From positions 140,620-204,619 of the forward strand of contig JBAWZD010000002.1 of the NCBI GenBank assembly GCA_037143195.1: DNA of 64,000 bases, written 5' to 3'. This stretch comes from a bacterium (lineage in GTDB: Bacteria; Patescibacteriota; Minisyncoccia; Phycocordibacterales; UBA9973). The translations under genes and the position numbers were made by a program. The notes beneath the pieces were generated by a model that saw only the letters and a program-made list of their open reading frames with translations, was not told where the DNA came from and searched no databases. Below are positions 60,713 to 64,000 of this stretch, in pieces; the first letter of the stretch is position 1; each line of letters opens with the position of its first letter.

Positions 60713-61234
60713 ATGAATCCGATTCTTGTATTGCCATCGGAAAAATATAAAGAGAGTTTTTTAGAAGCACTTTCTGAGCAGTCACCCGAACAAGAGAGTC
60801 CGGTTGAAGGCGAAAGCTATCAGAGATTCAACGGAGATTTTAATGCCTTTCTTTCGTATTTGAAAAATGAAAGTGAAGGGGTTCAAATGCTTGAGGGCCG
60901 TGTTCCTCAAACAGTATATTGGCTTGTGAAGGGAGAAAGATTTATTGGACGTATTTCGATTCGACACTATCTTAATGATCATTTACGTAACATGGGAGGT
61001 CATATCGGGTATTCGATCCGTCCATCAGAACGTGAAAAAGGATATGGTTCATTGATGCTCACGCTCGCACTTCCGAAAGCAAAGGCTCTTGGTATCGACC
61101 CCGCGCTTATTACCTGTAACGAAACAAATGTTGCTTCGAAACGAATTATTGAAAAACACGGAGGAGTTCCCGACGTAAGTTTTGTGACCCCCGAAGGTGT
61201 AACCAAACTTCGCTTTTGGGTGCCAACATCGTAA
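60713..61234 (+). CDS. GNAT family acetyltransferase
   Basis: GGHIGYSIRPSEREKGYG, NVASKRIIEKHGG. Confidence 0.92.
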   Translation: MNPILVLPSEKYKESFLEALSEQSPEQESPVEGESYQRFNGDFNAFLSYLKNESEGVQMLEGRVPQTVYWLVKGERFIGRISIRHYLNDHLRNMGGHIGYSIRPSEREKGYGSLMLTLALPKAKALGIDPALITCNETNVASKRIIEKHGGVPDVSFVTPEGVTKLRFWVPTS

Positions 61235-61243
61235 GATACATAT

Positions 61244-62125
61244 ATGACAGACCACGGAGATATTGATGCGAAGATTGCTGAAATCGAAACCGCGATGAGC
61301 GGAGCGGATTTTTGGACGGACAAGGATCAGGCGCAAGCTCTGATTCGCGAGCTCGGCGAACTCAAACAAAAAAAAGAGGGCGCAGCCGCTTTCGACAAAG
61401 GCAATGCAATCATGACGATCATTTCTGGTGCGGGCGGAGACGACGCCGAAGATTTTGCGCGCATGCTCTTTGATATGTATGTGAAATTCTTTGCACGCAA
61501 AGGCCTCTCGTACGGCGTCATTCATGAAAGCAAAAACGATCAGAATGGATACAAAAATATTTCGCTCGAAGTGACCGGTCGCGGAGCGCACGGCTTGCTC
61601 AAACGTGAGAGTGGTGTGCATCGTCTCGTGCGCACGAGTCCATTCAATTCCAAAGGCAAACGCAGTACCAGTTTCGCGCTCGTGGAAGTCATTCCAAAAG
61701 TCCCAAAGCAAGCGATGCCTGAACTCAACGAAGGCGATGTCGAAGTGGATTTTGCACGTGCTGGTGGTCCGGGTGGGCAGAACGTCAACAAGCGCGAGAC
61801 TGCCGTGCGAATCTTGCACAAGCCGACAGGCATCAGTATCCTCGTGCGCGAAGAACGCAGTCAGGAACAAAACCGCGAACGCGGAATGGAAATTCTTCGT
61901 GGCAAACTCTACAAAAAAGCCGAAGACGAACACAAGAGTCTCGTTGAAAGTATGCAGAGCACCAAAGGCACCGAAATCGAGTGGGGGAATCAAATCCGCA
62001 ACTACGTTTTGCATCCCTACAAACTCGTCAAAGACCTCCGCACCGGAGTCGAAACATCAGACACCAAAGGCGTCCTTGACGAGGGCAATCTCGATATGTT
62101 CATTGAAGCCGAACAAAAGCTGTAG
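61244..62125 (+). CDS. prfB: Peptide chain release factor 2, shortened
   Basis: [11 protein letters not shown] (SPF), [18 protein letters not shown]. Confidence 0.92.
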   Translation: MTDHGDIDAKIAEIETAMSGADFWTDKDQAQALIRELGELKQKKEGAAAFDKGNAIMTIISGAGGDDAEDFARMLFDMYVKFFARKGLSYGVIHESKNDQNGYKNISLEVTGRGAHGLLKRESGVHRLVRTSPFNSKGKRSTSFALVEVIPKVPKQAMPELNEGDVEVDFARAGGPGGQNVNKRETAVRILHKPTGISILVREERSQEQNRERGMEILRGKLYKKAEDEHKSLVESMQSTKGTEIEWGNQIRNYVLHPYKLVKDLRTGVETSDTKGVLDEGNLDMFIEAEQKL

Positions 62126-62159
62126 TTTCCCAAATATGATATACTAGACCCCGTTACCA

Positions 62160-62840
62160 ATGATCTATTTCAAAGGAGTCAAAAAAGAATACCCCCAAGG
62201 GTCAGTAGCTCTTGATGAAATCACCATTTCTATAAATGCAGGGGAATTCGTCTCCGTCGTCGGTCACTCTGGAGCCGGCAAGACCACACTCGTAAAGCTC
62301 ATTATCGCCGAAGAAGAACCAACAGAAGGTACTGTCATGTTCGAGTCACTCGACGTCAATCGTCTGAGTAGTCGCGATTTGACGCGTCTCCGCCGACGTA
62401 TTGGTACCGTGTTTCAGGATTTTAAATTACTCCCAAACAAGACCGCATTTGAAAATATTGCATTTGCAATGGAAGCTGCCGGCAAAAGTGACGAAGAAAT
62501 CGCCGCTGATGTTCCTCATGTACTTGATCTCGTGAATTTGCTCGAATTGAAAGATCATTTCCCTGGACAACTTTCCGGTGGAGAAAAACAGCGCCTCGCG
62601 ATCGCGCGCGCCATCATCAACCAACCAGAAATCATCGTTGCTGATGAGCCAACAGGAAATCTCGACCCCATCAGCACCTACGAGATCGTGCAGATTCTCA
62701 AAAAGATCAACGAATTGGGTACGACGATTATTCTCACTACGCACAATCGTGGAGTCGTCGACTCGATTGGCAAACGTGTCATCACGCTCGAAAAGGGCCG
62801 TGTTGTTCGAGATGACAAGGATGGGCGATATATGATTTAA
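62160..62840 (+). CDS. ftsE: Cell division ATP-binding protein FtsE
   Basis: [34 protein letters not shown]. Confidence 0.93.
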   Translation: MIYFKGVKKEYPQGSVALDEITISINAGEFVSVVGHSGAGKTTLVKLIIAEEEPTEGTVMFESLDVNRLSSRDLTRLRRRIGTVFQDFKLLPNKTAFENIAFAMEAAGKSDEEIAADVPHVLDLVNLLELKDHFPGQLSGGEKQRLAIARAIINQPEIIVADEPTGNLDPISTYEIVQILKKINELGTTIILTTHNRGVVDSIGKRVITLEKGRVVRDDKDGRYMI

Positions 62841-62846
62841 TAAGAT

Positions 62847-63773
62847 ATGGCAATGGTCAATTTCAAGCGCACGTTTCGTACTGGATTCCTTAATTTCTCA
62901 AGGAATAGTCTTGTTTCTCTCTCTTCGATTCTCGTGATGACCATCACACTCTGTGTTCTCGGCGGTGTATTGCTCTTCCAACACGTTCTCGAGACGACAC
63001 TTGTGAACGTTGAAAACAAAGTTGATGTCACTGTGTACATTGTGCCAGGAACCAATGAGGCATCGATACTTACGCTCAAAGACAAGGTGTCCGATGTTCC
63101 TGAAGTCGCGAACGTTGATTATGTTTCTGAAAATCAGGCACTCGCTGATTTCCGCGCACGTCACGCTGACGACCAAACGACACTCCAAGCCCTTGATGAG
63201 CTTGATCAAAACCCAATCGGGGCAATGCTCAATATCAAAGCAAAGGACATTTCACAGTATGAAAGTATTGCGAAGTTTTTTGACAACACAGGCACACTCG
63301 GGGCAGGATCACAATCAATCATCGATCACGTCGACTACAACAAAAACAAGGGCGATATTGATGCGATTCAAAACATTCTCGCGAATGGCCGCCGTCTTGG
63401 TTTGCTTGTAACGCTCATCCTCATGATTATTTCGATCATCGTGACATTCAACACGATGCGTCTTGCGATTTACTTCACTCGTGAAGAGATTTCAGTCATG
63501 CGTCTCGTCGGTGCCTCACGAAGTCATGTCCAAGGTCCTTTCATTGTTGAAGGAACATTGTATGGATTTGTTGCGACACTCCTTGCCCTCATCATCTTCC
63601 TCCCAATCACATTCTGGTTTGGTACGCACATGACCGACTTCTTTGGGGGAGTGAACTTGTTCCGTTATTACCTCGGCAACATTCTTTCGTTTGCAGGAAT
63701 CTTGTTTGTGTTCGGAGCTGGGCTCGGAGCACTTTCAAGTGTGCTCGCGACCCGAAAGTATTTGAAAGTGTAG
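62847..63773 (+). CDS. ftsX: Cell division permease FtsX
   Basis: Four-TM layout, REEISVMRLVGAS...PFIVEG. Confidence 0.92.
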   Translation: MAMVNFKRTFRTGFLNFSRNSLVSLSSILVMTITLCVLGGVLLFQHVLETTLVNVENKVDVTVYIVPGTNEASILTLKDKVSDVPEVANVDYVSENQALADFRARHADDQTTLQALDELDQNPIGAMLNIKAKDISQYESIAKFFDNTGTLGAGSQSIIDHVDYNKNKGDIDAIQNILANGRRLGLLVTLILMIISIIVTFNTMRLAIYFTREEISVMRLVGASRSHVQGPFIVEGTLYGFVATLLALIIFLPITFWFGTHMTDFFGGVNLFRYYLGNILSFAGILFVFGAGLGALSSVLATRKYLKV

Positions 63774-63821
63774 TGTTTCGGATTTTCAATTATTAGTATT
63801 TTTCGTATTGTAAGTATCATC

Positions 63822-64000
63822 ATGTTCAACAAAAAGACCGCAGAAAATCCAAAATATGTGTTTGTCGTCGGAGGTGTCATTTCCGGAGTGGGCAAGGGGA
63901 TCACTGCAAGTTCGATCGCCAAGATCATGCAAGATCGTGGTCTCCGCGCAACGGCAATCAAGATCGATCCATACATCAACGTTGATGCTGGTACGATGAA
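63822..64000 (+). CDS. pyrG: CTP synthase, partial
   Basis: [21 protein letters not shown]...[13 protein letters not shown]. Confidence 0.95.
   Translation, partial: MFNKKTAENPKYVFVVGGVISGVGKGITASSIAKIMQDRGLRATAIKIDPYINVDAGTM

Overview
A 64 kb bacterial chromosome segment using standard code 11 (RF2 present, TGA used as stop). Gene content and style suggest Patescibacteria (CPR, Parcubacteria-like); this is an inference. Core genes: partial phosphohexomutase, smpB, tmRNA, ftsH, recG, pckA, a P-type ATPase, a secretin-less type IV pilus cluster, ligA, gatCA, prfB, ftsEX and partial pyrG. There are eight tRNAs, including Ile(UAU), Ser(ACU) and an Asp(GUC) gene split by a 270-nt group I intron. 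Accessory parts: an AT-rich cassette array after tmRNA, a decayed island next to tRNA-Ser(GCU), and several large surface proteins. Main findings: (1) three ~145-bp palindromic elements with mutually unrelated arms that appear copied from local host DNA but share a GGAGCG...CGCGAG core, one translated in frame inside an enzyme; (2) a free-standing LAGLIDADG gene whose stop codon lies inside the intron-containing tRNA-Asp; (3) an ice-binding-domain protein fused through an FPNTG motif to a class F sortase; (4) pervasive leaderless promoter architecture. All calls come from reading the sequence by eye; no searches were run.
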